The notes: a model not told the origin generated them from the letters alone. 64,000 nucleotides of DNA from Leptogorgia sarmentosa (GCA_964658305.1 OZ210885.1:3720001-3784000); one strand, 5' to 3'; positions 51,701 through 62,210 are shown, counted from the stretch's first letter. A program made the numbers and translations.

Positions 51701-52394
51701 TTCTCTTATTCAAATTACGTATATTCCTTATATTCATTATTATGTTAACAACCAAGCTGAAATCTAAACCTAGGCTGGAATTTCCCCATGTTATCAACCT
51801 GGCAGTTACATAGAATTGTAGGAGGTTGGGATAAATTTGAATATGTGGCCAGTGTCGGTAAGTAATCAACCTATTAAGCAATACAGTAAGATTTTGCTTT
51901 CAAGCAAAGCCCTTCTGTGGAATTTCTGTGACACTAACAAAAAGGGTTTTGCTCAAAGTGTTGGCACTCATGCTCGACGAAGAGCCTCTGCTCAGAAAAT
52001 CAAATCTGTATCATTTATGTTGTGAGCAGAACATTTGCTGCTTGTTCAACCCCAATATTATGAATACTACAATGTGACGTTTAATCCCAGAGACTGTGTT
52101 GAATAATTTGTGACAATTGTTAAGCAGTAACTTGTTAACTCTGCTGTAATTGCAACAATATAGCACATAATATCATCTGGACCATGGCAAGAATAACATT
52201 ATGAATATATTATTAGGTATTATAATAAATTGTATTTACCAGTGTAATTTAAACCAGTTTTTCTTTTAGTCAAAACTAACCTTAACTCTACTGGAGCCTT
52301 TCAGTGGCAGCTGTAATCCGTCTATATCTTTATGTTTAAACAAATAAAATGATGGTTCTTTTTTAGGAATAACTTGCAGAGCCACAGATTCCAT
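15740..52394 (-). CDS. HPS5: Hermansky-Pudlak syndrome 5 protein (BLOC-2 subunit) orthologue, 32 exons, about 1460 aa, with a C-terminal RING-H2 finger
   Basis: Phase-consistent GT-AG exons: 52281-52394, 50754-50864, 49061-49122, 48733-48787, 48209-48337, 41713-41763, 40579-40643, 40012-40044, 39619-39706, 38397-38485, 37893-37955, 36979-37070, 36350-36489, 35948-36058, 35074-35436, 34205-34380, 33856-33914, 33029-33099, 32419-32714, 30945-31495, 30232-30352, 29501-29683, 28855-28974, 28231-28353, 27753-27865, 26618-27218, 25665-25740, 19180-19224, 18434-18488, 18306-18339, 17627-17706, 15740-15858. Recalled HPS5-type motifs: [68 protein letters not shown]. No TECPR repeats were seen, which argues against TECPR2. 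Confidence 0.9.
15889..16317. mobile_element. Small TIR element with many tcacg motifs in the last HPS5 intron
   Basis: Imperfect TIRs gagggtgataaaggc / gccttaccaccatc are flanked by attatt on both sides. Confidence 0.5.
16504..17103. mobile_element. Non-autonomous DNA transposon with 9-bp TSD and a RecQ-helicase remnant (AcademH-like)
   Basis: Perfect TIRs of about 64 bp (caatctcgtaccctgagcc...ataatccatg) and a 9-bp TSD tctaagaca. The minus strand has MSAES...[12 protein letters not shown] / [13 protein letters not shown] / CILPTGY across frameshifts. Confidence 0.85.
17827..18249. mobile_element. hAT-like MITE inside a Tc1-like fragment that starts near 17743
   Basis: TIRs are cagggcggatac / gtatccgcccctg. 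The upstream tacagggtgtccc resembles a Tc1/mariner terminus. The TSD is not clean. Confidence 0.5.
21076..21627 (-). CDS. Cys-rich single-pass membrane protein (Shisa/CYYR1-like), copy 1, nested in an HPS5 intron
   Basis: Signal peptide, 12-Cys ectodomain, TM helix, juxtamembrane CCCC, RRR and a Pro/Gln/Tyr-rich tail. Intronless. Confidence 0.88.
   Translation of the reverse strand: MAYINKTTAFCVLFLALYTVFLRVEANDECNSHEDCPTSQYCCGRRYLESVCEYSCLWQSCNVDSDCASGEECCSSHLECFPSGRCDDSGQDGWIAAVIAISILVVLGIALGVFLFCCCCSALASRRRANGAGGVIVTQPTATTVFSNQGQPMDYQPNPAQPYPAQQPTPNDPLIATTTQAQQ
22364..22900 (-). CDS. Cys-rich single-pass membrane protein (Shisa/CYYR1-like), copy 2
   Basis: Same architecture as copy 1, with a nearly identical signal peptide and tail. 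Confidence 0.88.
   Translation of the reverse strand: MAYINKMTAFCVLFLALYTVFLRVEAGDECFSNEECPSSQSCCRRKYPGNVCQYSCIGESCLVDNDCARGECCSFHDECKTSGNCDDSDQDGWIVAAIVITILVLIGIALGVFFFCYCCLASRRRAHGGVIVTQPTTTTVISNQGQPMDYQPNPAQPYPAQQPTPNDPLIATTTQAQQ
23662..24261 (-). CDS. Cys-rich single-pass membrane protein (Shisa/CYYR1-like), copy 3
   Basis: Same architecture. The tail has an expanded 15-bp repeat ([10 protein letters not shown]) and a different C-terminus (NDNLY). Confidence 0.88.
   Translation of the reverse strand: MACINKTTAICVLFLALYTVFLRVEAYDQCYSDGDCSYPRYCCDRKYPEDNVCRYDCLGESCLLDSDCASGECCSSDDECKTSGSCVYVTSGLAGWIVAVIIISILIVIGIPLAVFLFCCCCAASASRRRAHGGVIVTQPTATTVISNQGQPMYYQPNPAQPYPAQPYPAQAYPPQAYPPQAYPTQGTPQQPTPNDNLY
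26287..26548. repeat. Dispersed repeat of about 260 bp, copy A
   Basis: tttataaaataaccggaagtaagtg...tttctattcct is nearly identical to 36588-36849. Confidence 0.8.
34437..34885. repeat. Dispersed repeat with a hairpin end; an inverted partial copy lies at about 41140-41480
   Basis: ttattatatggcttttcaaaa...gtgtcccggatgtcgtt is the reverse complement of 41364-41478. There is an internal palindrome at 34730-34880. Confidence 0.6.
36588..36849. repeat. Dispersed repeat of about 260 bp, copy B
   Basis: Direct copy of 26287-26548. Confidence 0.8.
37381..37515. mobile_element. Short hAT-like MITE
   Basis: TIRs are cagtggcgtcgcc / ggtgacggcactg, and the 8-bp TSD is caggtttt / caggtatt. The interior resembles 61601-61746. 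Confidence 0.7.
42183..42423. mobile_element. PIF/Harbinger-like MITE
   Basis: TIRs ggtccagttgttcgtagcccgtttagct / agctaaacgggctacgaacaaccgaacc are flanked by a 3-bp CAG on both sides. Confidence 0.7.
42745..43695 (-). pseudogene. Intronless class A GPCR, nested copy A, with a nonsense codon at codon 18
   Basis: ATG at 43695 gives [17 protein letters not shown], then TGA (43642-43644) where the paralogue has GGA. The rest is an open 7TM frame with ERY and [11 protein letters not shown]. The ORF-track start at 43629 is a GTG. Confidence 0.8.
46156..47082 (-). CDS. Intronless class A (rhodopsin-like) orphan GPCR, nested copy B (308 aa)
   Basis: N-terminal N-glycosylation sequon (NAS), seven hydrophobic segments, LSCFD, ERY, CYFP and [11 protein letters not shown]. 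Its flanks are duplicated together with copy A. Confidence 0.9.
   Translation of the reverse strand: MKTTPNASSSWDNTGPLFKVNTGILLLVNIVFGLLGLFLNSVVIISLLTSKLGKKLCYFMILILSCFDLALVVVVHPLLVIDALELYSIEFYYVESLTSFSLTALFTMTVERYLALVYSFFHHKYITKSKLIVTFQFLLIPFIIPYVVFRRKQAQSYVKWYFIALRTGILLIMFILNRQIYSVVEKLRHRANVPLGNLAECEQQNIAKKRKVTLGKVSTCLLAVLCNSLCYFPILILFGVELSQEQEGSVVPLRIESSWIFHWAQTLLAMNSTLNSLIFFYKNSVLRRRGNEVIAKGFFVFKKLLHCQ
51048..51135. repeat. 24-bp minisatellite, about 3.5 copies
   Basis: Repeats of a ctacatattttactccaattttta-like unit. Confidence 0.75.
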
Positions 52395-52476
52395 ACTTTT
52401 CACATATCCGGTGGGTCAGTCGTTGACCAAAAATTACCAAAGCTGCCAAACATTTCGTCTGTGGTTTGGTTGCCAA

Positions 52477-52534
52477 GGGTGGGGAGGGGGGTGGGGAGGG
52501 GGGTGGGGAGGGGGGTGGGGAGGGGGGTGGGGGG
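52477..52534 (+). repeat. (GGGTGGGGAGGG)n tract, potential G-quadruplex
   Basis: About 4.5 copies of a 12-bp G-rich unit, 80-140 bp upstream of the HPS5 ATG. Confidence 0.75.
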
Positions 52535-53800
52535 AAAGAACTGGGGTTGAAAATTTGCTAAAGGAGACAATAAACGAACGGAATATTTTGTGAACGAAAA
52601 GGTAGGGCCAGTATTTAATATCATACAAATAATGAATGTTTATGAGTGCAATAGTAAGAATATTTTCATTTGGTGAAAGATGAATGTTGTATTTTTTTTA
52701 TTATTTCTAGAAATTTTTAAAATTTTGAGGTCTCTACAATCTAGATCGTCGGAAATGGCATTTTCGAGGTGTCATGTTTTACCCCTTTCGTTCTTTAACA
52801 CATATTGGATCTGAACTACTTGTGCAGACGTCGACAACGTCTGAAGTTCTGAACGTCGCCAGCGCCAGCGCCGGATTAACCCATCATTTGGCCGGGGACA
52901 AACAAAAAGTAAAGGGCCGTAATTTGGTGAATATGAAAACATGAAACATATATGTAATCAAATTGAAAGTCTTGTCCATTATATCGTCAAGAACTACCGA
53001 GTGGCGCAAAAAAAGTACAACTGTTTGATTAGTTATAGCTCAGAAACCATAAACACTAGAACCCTAAATGGAGTTTCATTGCATCCAGCGATGTCTAACT
53101 TAAATTTTGGTATATTCGACAGGCATCTTGACTGAGATATGAGAGTTTAAACTTTTGTGAACAATTTTCAAACGGTCACAAATTAGCTAAAAATGTTTTT
53201 TCGAAACCCCACAGTAACTAAAATTTTTTATACATCGTTTTTCTTGGGCCGGTAAATAAGCTTTTGAGCTGGTGCCGGGGGCAAATGCCCCCATATTGCC
53301 CCCTAGATAATCCGGCACTGATTACAAGATTGCTCATTATTATACATTTAATATTTATTCTCGTTCCTGATTGGTCAGAAAGCACCGGCTAATTCTCAGT
53401 ATTCGGCATTTATTACGTATTTTCCGCCGATGACGTCATCAGCGTCCAATAATTTTTTTTTTGGATCGAACTTGCATCCAAAAAAAAAATTATTGGACTC
53501 TCTCGTGCCCAAGCCCCAGCGCTGTCAAAAGCTTGAAGCTAAAAGCGCGCGAAAAAACAAACAAACAATGGCCAGCAGCAGATTTTGCTTCGCTGAATGA
53601 AAGTGAACTCTCCAAATTACCGTGTCTTTTAAATGTATAATAAAACAATTATTGGATTCGGCTTTCGCATGATATCAAGAATTATTTAGACCTCGGTCAA
53701 TGTTATCCGCCTCAGCTTCGCTTCGGCAAATAACATTGACCTCGGTCTGAATAATTCTTGATATCATGCTCAGCCTCATCCAATAATTGTTTATTAATTT

Positions 53801-53910
53801 GCCACTTCTTCTGCTGCACGAGCAGTACTTCATTTAAGCCACTTCTTCGCTGCACGAGCAGTACTTCATTTAAGCCACTTCTTCTGCTGCACGAGCAGTA
53901 CTTCATTTAA
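53801..53910. repeat. 37-bp tandem repeat, 3 copies
   Basis: gccacttcttctgctgcacgagcagtacttcatttaa occurs three times; the second copy lacks one base. Confidence 0.9.
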
Positions 53911-53934
53911 TTGAAATGTAATGGACAGGTTGCT

Positions 53935-54081
53935 CAAGGTCGGAAATACGACGTGTATCACGTGAAATGAACCAATAGAATTAAAGATTGATGACTGGTG
54001 TGTTGGGGGCGTGATACGGCAACAACACAAACAACATCAGAGGAACGTGAGGTAAATACGCAGTAAAATACTGCCTAAAAC
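53935..54081. promoter_or_regulatory. Putative promoter between the divergent HPS5 and PNPLA2 genes
   Basis: TCACGTGA E-box at 53958-53965, CCAAT at 53972-53976 and a gggggcgtg GC-box-like motif near 54005, all upstream of the lipase ATG. Confidence 0.45.
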
Positions 54082-57000
54082 ATGGATGATTTGAAAGATC
54101 CGAAGAAACTAAACATAACGTTCTCTGGTTGTGGCTTTTTGGGAATTTATCATGTTGGAGTTGCGAGTGCTTTGAAGGACAGAGCGCCTAAACTTCTTGA
54201 AAGAATCGAGAACTTTGGCGGCGCGAGCGCCGGGGGTTTAGCTGCTGGTTCTCTTCTCTGTGGAATAAGTCTTTCGGAATCGCTTCAATTTACACTACGT
54301 TTAGCCGAACATGCTAGGAGATTCTCAGTCGGGCCTTTCCATCCTCGATTTCAGTTAACAAAGACAATCAGAAAGGTTTTTAGACGAATGATACCCGACG
54401 ATGCTTATAAAAGATGTTCAGGAAGGCTTCATATTTCGCTAACACGTTGCAGTGACTGGCAGAATGTTGTTGTGTCAGAATTTCTTTCCAATGACGATCT
54501 TATTGATGTAAGTTTATTTGAGTAATGTTGTTTTTAATCTTATACGACTTCGATCTTTATTTTTTTAATGATAGCTTCACATTTAAAGTTTAGTACGCAA
54601 TCATGTTTACAATATTTACCACCTTGTACTACGCAGGTATATTCTTTTAACGAAACCGATTATGGATATTATTTCTTCTCGGCATTTGATTTCTTTGTGC
54701 CTCATTTGAAACCTACTTAAACGAAAATAGTTTGCTAGTTTTAAATGTGTCGTTTCAGGGTTTAAAGTCTAGATTGTATTTCTGGCGCAAAAATGGGAAA
54801 ATTAGGCTCGGTTGTCTACGTAAATATTAACACTGACTTCGCAATATTTATATTAGACGCTATTTTTAAATGAAATCTCCCCGTGATTGCTATAATTTAA
54901 CTAATTTAGAAATAAATATCATTTTAAATTCAAATTTACAGTATCATAGTTCGTTTAAAACCATATATTACGTGCGCTTTTATAAAATAGCCGGCATTCC
55001 ACATACTGTTATTGATATGTCTGTATTATCCATAATCTTTTACATTTTGCATTTTCAAGTACTTAAAATCTGTCATCACGTCTGCATGTCCCATGATTTT
55101 GAGATTCAGGAAATTATTACGTAATGTTGAGTAGGTGCAAAGTCATTGTGCAAAGTATATCTTTTGAGCGTATAGTAATGCTATTTCTGGTACAGTGTAA
55201 TATCAGAAATAATAGACATCTAATAGATTCTATGATTCTAATTAGTCCATTCCCAAAAGGTGAAAATTTTAAGTATAAGATCAGTATAATTAATTCCATA
55301 TGAGAGACAGGTACCTGAACAAAAAATAAAACTTTGAACTTTGTGCAAAGGCCTTTCAGCACAAATGAGGAAGGACCTTTGTTTAAAAACTTGGGTTCTA
55401 ATTTCCTTCATGTAGGAAACTCATTTGGATTTTGGAGTTGTTTTCATGTTATGTTACTTTTTGCTACCTAAACTGGCTACATACTGATCTTTCATTGATA
55501 TACTACACAGCAACAAATCTTGTTGCAATGTTGATCAAAATAGGATTGAAGAATGCTGTTTTGCCCACATTATTAACAATATTGCACAATATTGCTATAT
55601 CTGATTTAAGGTTCAATAATATTTGTTCAATATTGCTGACAGTCTGACACTGACAACCCTGAACAATACAGGGCAACACAAAATTGTTTATTCCTGTTCA
55701 ATAGGGTCATAATTCATGCAATAATGTATCAGTCAATTTTAGCAGTGTGTTGACACAATTCCTTAAGAGCTAGCTAAAAGAAATTTAAGGGCTTTGAAAG
55801 GAAACAGAAGCATGATACATCTTTCACAATAGGAATTTAGTTCATGTCTTGCTAGCTGACAAGCCTGATGAAGACACTAGACTGGAGTGTCAAAACGTTG
55901 GGTCGTGAATACACATTGAGAGAGCTCTGTATTCAATTATACAAACCAGAGTAGCGAGCAAGACATGGGTGATATTATACCTAGTTGCAGTGAACAAACT
56001 AACTTTATAGGAATTTAGTTGTTCTATGGAGATATGTGGTGGTTCTGAACTGCAATTAGTGATGATTTAATAAAATTAACCTGTTCTGCTACAATGTTGA
56101 GAGATATAGTATACAGCCTTTTTGTTGAGATGGTACATATATAAAATATTGCACCTAGAATGTGTGCTTCTCTTCCTCAGATAATGAAGTGATGCAACAT
56201 TAAGGCTCAAAATTGCCAATTTATAAGAACAAATTGAATTTGCGTATTGATCTTTCACCCTTTGTATAGACTGCCCCTTGGACAAATCAAATGTGGCTAA
56301 TTTAAAGGATTTTATTTTTTACTTCACATGCTATAGGTCTAGTATTCCTTTGGTGCTCTTCACTATTAATGAGTTTGACAGCCAAAATGGTGATACTAAT
56401 ATAAAACACTCCCGAGTATTATTATCTCGCAATCGTGTGCATGCTACATAAACAGTGGACAAACAGCGCTCAGATTAAACACTTTTTGTATTTAAAGAGG
56501 AAATAAATAAATTTTAGGCTATAAGCATTCATTTTGAGAAGCCTTAATTGAAAAACAAGGTTTTGAGAAACTCAAAATTTGGGTATTTAAAAACCTTCCC
56601 AGTATTTGGAATTATTATATCATATGATTTTTCAAGGCCCTGATTATATGAAGCACTTCTACCCTGGGGTTCAACTCACCCTGTTGTATAGTAGCATGTG
56701 TAATTTTTTCGAGGAATTTTCAACCCAGAGAGACGTATAATTTCAACCCTGGGGTGGAAATTTCAGCACTTCCACTGGGATTGGTTGAAACTTCAGCCCT
56801 CAGTTGAACATAGCCCGGGGCTACAAATTTTGAAATGTACTCATTTAAGCTGTGTGCTAAAGCTGTTGGAGCATGTGTATTGGTCTCCCAAGCAGGGCTG
56901 TAATGGCTGGACAGCAAGGCTCACTGGACACTCACCCAGTGGGGGGAACCCTTTCTTAGCCTGGCCTTCATCAGGCATCACCCAGGCCTTCCAGAGAGGA

Positions 57001-60000
57001 ACTTGAAATTTTCATCTCAATCAGCAAACTGCAAGCACTTAAACATCACTTGCAGTTACAAGAATTTTACAAATAAATTAATTATAATCTACCATTGGAA
57101 AGCTGAATGAATAACATTTTATGCATAAAGCTGATGTTTTCCTGCCACCTCCCCTTTCTTAAATCACCCCTAGCTGTGTATTAACCTCTTCTGGATCTTT
57201 TCTTTTCTAGGCACTAGTTGCATCTGCTCATGTTCCCTTTTATTCTGGAGTCGTACCTCCCAAATTCCGTGGAGAAGTAAGTGTAGTCGTATAGGCCTGT
57301 TGTTTTGTTTTGGTTTGTACTTCAAGCCTAATCTCCATAAGGTCGCCAACTGTTGCTGGTTGTTTCTGAGAGAACGCCTAGCGACCATATACGACCACAG
57401 CGTGCTTGAGGTATCTGCAGTCTGCTTTGTTCTATCCCAGCGACATTGTCATTTATCATGGCCTAATGTTGTTATCATAATTCAGGTGTGGCAATGCTGT
57501 TATCATCAGCCTTGAATAACAACATTGCAACATGTTGTTCATCAACATTGCAACAAGTTGTTCATCGGCATTGCAACATGTTGTTCATCAACATTGCAAC
57601 AAATTGTTCATCAACATTGCAACAAATTGTTCATCAACATTGCAACAAGTTGTTCATCAACATTGCAACAAATTGTTCATCAACATTGCAACAAATTGTT
57701 CATCAACATTGGAACAAGTTGTTCATCGGCATTGCAACATGTTGTTCATCAACATTGCAACAAGTTGTCCATCAACATTGCAACAAATTGTTCATCAACA
57801 TTGCAACAAGTTGTTCATCAACATTGCAACAAATTGTTCATCAACATTGCAACAAGTTGTTCATCAACATTGCAACAAATTGTCCATCAACATTGCAACA
57901 TGTTGTTCATCAACATTGCAACATGTTGTTCATCAGCATTGCAACATGTTGTTCACTTTTTACTGTGTGTACTAAAGGAGAACTTTATATGTAGGTACAA
58001 ACTCTGATTTTGAGAATTTTCTGATTCTGTTTCTTCCCCGTAGTACCATGTTGACGGTGGGATTTCAAACAATTTACCCCAACACTTTGATGGAGAAACG
58101 ATAACGGTCACTCCATGGAGTGGAGAAAGCGATATCTGTCCAGATGACTCAAACAGTTTCAACCACATCATGTTTGCCAACACCAGCATTCGATTCAGTG
58201 CGCAGAATTTTTACCGAATCTGTCGCGCGTTTTTTCCACCGGATGTCCATGTTCTCAGCAAGATGTGCAAGCAGGGATACACTGATACCATCAAATACTT
58301 GAAGGCTCATTGTAAGTTGTCGAAAAATTTTATAGAATTAAGGCAGGATAGAATTGTTAGCTGTCAGTGAGTAGTTTCCATGGTACCAAACCAGAATCAT
58401 GTGTATGTAATAGCTTTGTATTATACTCCAAATTGCCAGTTCAGTTCAAGTCTTCGAGTGCGGATATTACACTCGACTTTAGGTCACTTTTTATAGCGCG
58501 GTTGTTTATTTGAATGCAGTCGAACCTCTATATAAGCAGACACCTCCCTTAAGAGGTCACCTCTCTTAAGCAGACACACACCTCAGGTCCCGGCTATTCG
58601 TTTTCGTTGTATACCTAATCTGAAATTTCACATATTGATTGACTGATAATTATGTTTTTTAAAAGATCCGGAATTTTTGATTGAACGGACACCAAAAGGC
58701 AGGAAAACGTCTTGTAGCTGCAGTATATCAGACACAGAATTAGCAGAACCTGAAATTATTAAAACTACAGTCACCGTTACTACAACTGAAGCAATAACAG
58801 AAGTGGACGCTGGCGATAAGCAACTGGTTTCAGTCTTGGAACAATGTGGCGAATGTAATTTGCATAAATGTGAGTATTAGCCATTTCCCAATCGAGCAAA
58901 GGACTGAGTCTGGTTGATGTTTGGAGGGACAACCAATCTCGTACCCTGAGCCTGCGATCTTCGTTTGGAAGAATCGAAGGCTCTGGGATAATCCATGAAT
59001 TTGCGCGAATCTGATTCGCTGTTGAGACGTTATTTCGCAATAATAAACAACAATGGTGGCCGAAATAGGAGTGTGATAAGAAGTTTGACACTGTTGCAAT
59101 TAAATACAATACAATAATAGCTTCAAAACCTATACAAAACCATTTGGAAAGAGTTTATTATTCACTAAATGTTCAATGACATTTAACGCATGTGCATTTG
59201 GGTCGACGTACAGAAATCTGCGCTCGCCCCATGGATTACCCAGAGCCTTCGATTCTTCCAAACGAAGATCGCAGGCTCAGGGTACGAGATGGAGGGACAA
59301 CAAGTTTAGTGAGGGAGCTAAATATATATCAGGGAATGTCTCAATTGTAATTGATGCATTTCAGAAGCACAAAGAACTTTATAAAGTTAGGAAAACTTCC
59401 TGGATTCCATTTGTACGAGCCGGCCTAGTCAGTCTTATTCAAGAGGCAAACACGCATTTTATACCAGTTTATACGAGAAGGCAATGTCTTATGTGAGTCA
59501 CGTCTTAGAAATATTGCAAGTCACCACTAAATTTGTCTGGTATAAATGTTTGTTATTTCATATGTAAGATAATACTGTATATCCGTATGAGGGATTGTTT
59601 GATTTGTTTCCTCGTATTGAAATTAGGAACGAAATAAAAAAGCGGTGCAAAGTGGCTTCGACCTGCACGTGTGTGATAAACTAAAAATAAAAGATAAACA
59701 TACTAAAGTGCATGGGCGGCAAACGTCTCGCTATATATGGTATTTAATCATGGATTAAATCATTGGGATATAATGCTGCGTTTGTCAAAACTCGAAAGAG
59801 GATAAAACGATTAACAACCTCCTTCTTTCTCCTATCGAATCAATTTTTTAAATCATTAAAATAAACTCAAACTTCAAAATGCGAAAATATTATAACATAT
59901 ATGCCTTTCCACTATACAAGAATACTCCGTTTGCATTTCATCAAATAGGCATTATATAAACATAAGTAGTGGTAGTAAACATAGTAAATATAAACACGTA

Positions 60001-62210
60001 ATTGCGAAGAGGCCTTAAAAGGCAAGGACTTAAACGCCTCTCCCTACAGATAAATCGATTATTTTTGTGACGTGTGGAAAATTATACATAACACCATTGA
60101 CAATGGAAGGGATTGCTTTGAGTGTCTATAACTACTATCACTATATCTCTATAGCCTTTCAGTTGTGTCGGCGAATGATCAATTTCGCCAGTTGTCGAGC
60201 TCTTTTTGCACAAATTTCACCCAGTCTTATCGTATTTCATTGCGCCTGGACTAATATATATTTTGCGAATGATTCGAAATTCCTTATGCGTGTTATGTAC
60301 AGGGGCGTACATTAAAAATAAAGACCCGTAATATAAATATAATACAATTTCCTGTCAACTTTGTTTGGCTTTCCGATCCTAACTCTGATATCGCTGTAAA
60401 TTGTATTAATTTTTAATTTGCAAGTTGCGTGGCGGTGGGGGTGATTACCCCGACCCATTACCCAGGGGTTCCATCTCATTCTACTTACCACTCCACAGAA
60501 ACATGAAACGTTTCGTTTATAGCAACTCTTAAGGAATCAGTAGGAAAATGATTGTTTTGCTATATCGAGGAATACATCGTGAGAACTCAAATTACAGCAT
60601 TCAGCATAATATAACAATTTAATTCTACTAAAACTCTATGAAAAAATGCTTTTGCAATTCTTAAATCTCATATTTCCGTGAAATTGTTTATTTGCAGTGC
60701 TTGAAATGGCAAAGGTGGATGTACTACTTGCAGAAAAAGAGCTGTCTTCTTTCGTTACAAGAATGATTTACAATGTTCTCATCAAGCCCTGTGTAATGAC
60801 AGTATCAACGATCACTCAAATGGCTGAAAAGTAAGTCTTTGCATGCATATATATTTGGCATGTCGCAAAATGTGGGCTGAACTGACTGTTCGTGAGATAA
60901 TCTGGAGGAATAAGCGAATAAATAAGCAAGGGGAGTTGGAAGGGAGTGGAGGTTGGGGTAGGGGGGTGGGGGGGAGGGGGGGAGAGGTGTAAATTTTCTG
61001 TTAGAAATATTTAGGAAATACTCCCAAACATTTTTTTGGTTTCTCTGATTGCGATATATTGTTGGTTTTGTTAATAAACAATATTGTGTTTTCTAATAGT
61101 ATTATCCTGAAGCTACCAAAAGTTTCCACTGGTGTTAACTTCCTGGATATTTTACTGCATACTATCAACGATGCCATTCTTCATTATGAAATTTATCAAA
61201 ATATTCATTCGTGTAGTGACAGGTATACAATACATGTCTTTATGAATTAGTATATGAAATTACACGGTTCGAGAAGTATGTCTGGAGAAATACAGCAAGT
61301 GCTTGTACAGTACATTTCTATTGTATAAAGTTGACAGTGAAGGCGTAGAAGAAGAATAGATATTTCCCTAACCTCGGTGTCTAATTTCATAACCATAGAT
61401 AAAATTGAGTTGCTCTTTGACAAGTCAGTTTTACCTCGTTTAAATGCCTAGACTGTTTTTGAAGGAACGACCAATACCTCAAAAATGACAGATATGAGAA
61501 AGGCTTGACAGCACATACATACTATTGAGTACATAGGTCATTGGTTCAGGAAAAAGGCGCTTTTTTTATATTTAACACGAACCACGTATGCGACTGTTAC
61601 CAGTGGCGAAGCCAGCCCAACATTTGGTCATGCAAATTTGAATCATTATCGTTATTCATTTCTTTAGAAATTGATTCCTTATACGGTCTATAAACACAGA
61701 AAAATGTGCATTTGCATGACCAAATGCCGGGCTGGCTTCGCCACTGCTGGTTATGTCAATAATAGTTAGGGATAATCAATAAATAAGTGGCTAACACTGC
61801 ACTTGTCTCCCCTATTTCCTCCTCAGCATCCCTGGTTTTACCATGCACTGAATAAAATATTTTTACGTTTCAGCTGCTCACACAAGTCTCAAGTGTACCG
61901 CTCAAATATTACAGAAGTGGAGTGTGAAATATACGAGAACATTGACGCAAGTTCGGAAGACTATGACACAGCATGCAGTGAATCATCATTTGTCACGTGC
62001 ATATCACACACTCTCAGCGTGGATTCTGATCTGGAACTAGAGACATTGAGTTCGTCCAGCGGCGATACAGTAGTTGAGGAGTTCTTTTGTAGTGAGCAAG
62101 TGCAGTTTGACCTGACTAGCCATCAACTACGAAAAGAATATATATTTAGCAGCAAAGAAAAATGGAATGTTGACGCTGAAAATTTGATACAAAACTACCA
62201 GAGAGCATAG
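54082..62210 (+). CDS. PNPLA2: Patatin-like phospholipase, PNPLA2/ATGL (brummer)-like, 7 exons, about 518 aa
   Basis: Phase-consistent exons: 54082-54507, 57211-57276, 58044-58311, 58666-58869, 60698-60830, 61100-61222, 61874-62210. Motifs: GCGFLG (oxyanion hole), GASAG (catalytic Ser), VDGGISNNLP (catalytic Asp), PWSGESDICP. The last four exons are supported mainly by splice sites and phase. Confidence 0.88.
55843..56006 (+). mobile_element. Short insert with a degenerate hammerhead-like core (Penelope/retrozyme-like)
   Basis: Flanked by the 14-bp direct repeat ataggaatttagtt. It contains ctgatga-a-gacact-loop-agtgtc-aaaacgtt. Confidence 0.5.
57520..57955. repeat. 23-bp minisatellite, about 19 copies, in PNPLA2 intron 2
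   Basis: The unit is caacattgcaaca(aa/ag/tg)ttgttcat. It has no stop codon, which explains three overlapping spurious ORFs. Confidence 0.92.
58934..59292. mobile_element. Second, shorter member of the AcademH-like family
   Basis: Same TIRs as 16504-17103, with a 9-bp TSD agggacaac (58925-58933, 59293-59301). Confidence 0.85.
61601..61746. mobile_element. Short hAT-like MITE
   Basis: Perfect TIRs cagtggcgaagccagccc / gggctggcttcgccactg. The TSD is degenerate. Confidence 0.7.

Noticed and set aside
39619..52394. TECPR2 as the gene identity
   Set aside because: The N-terminal propeller is shared, but the C-terminus has HPS5-type CxCGWP and YWxG motifs and no TECPR repeats.
52400..52628. Pro-rich and Gly/Trp-rich ORFs
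   Set aside because: They are translations of the 12-bp G-rich repeat.
53801..53910. 37-bp repeats as CRISPR direct repeats
   Set aside because: They are head-to-tail copies with no spacers.
57520..57955. CRISPR-like array
   Set aside because: The units are contiguous with no unique spacers, the context is eukaryotic and there are no cas genes.
57488..58007. Three overlapping Cys/His/Gln-rich ORFs
   Set aside because: They are translations of a stop-free 23-bp minisatellite inside PNPLA2 intron 2.
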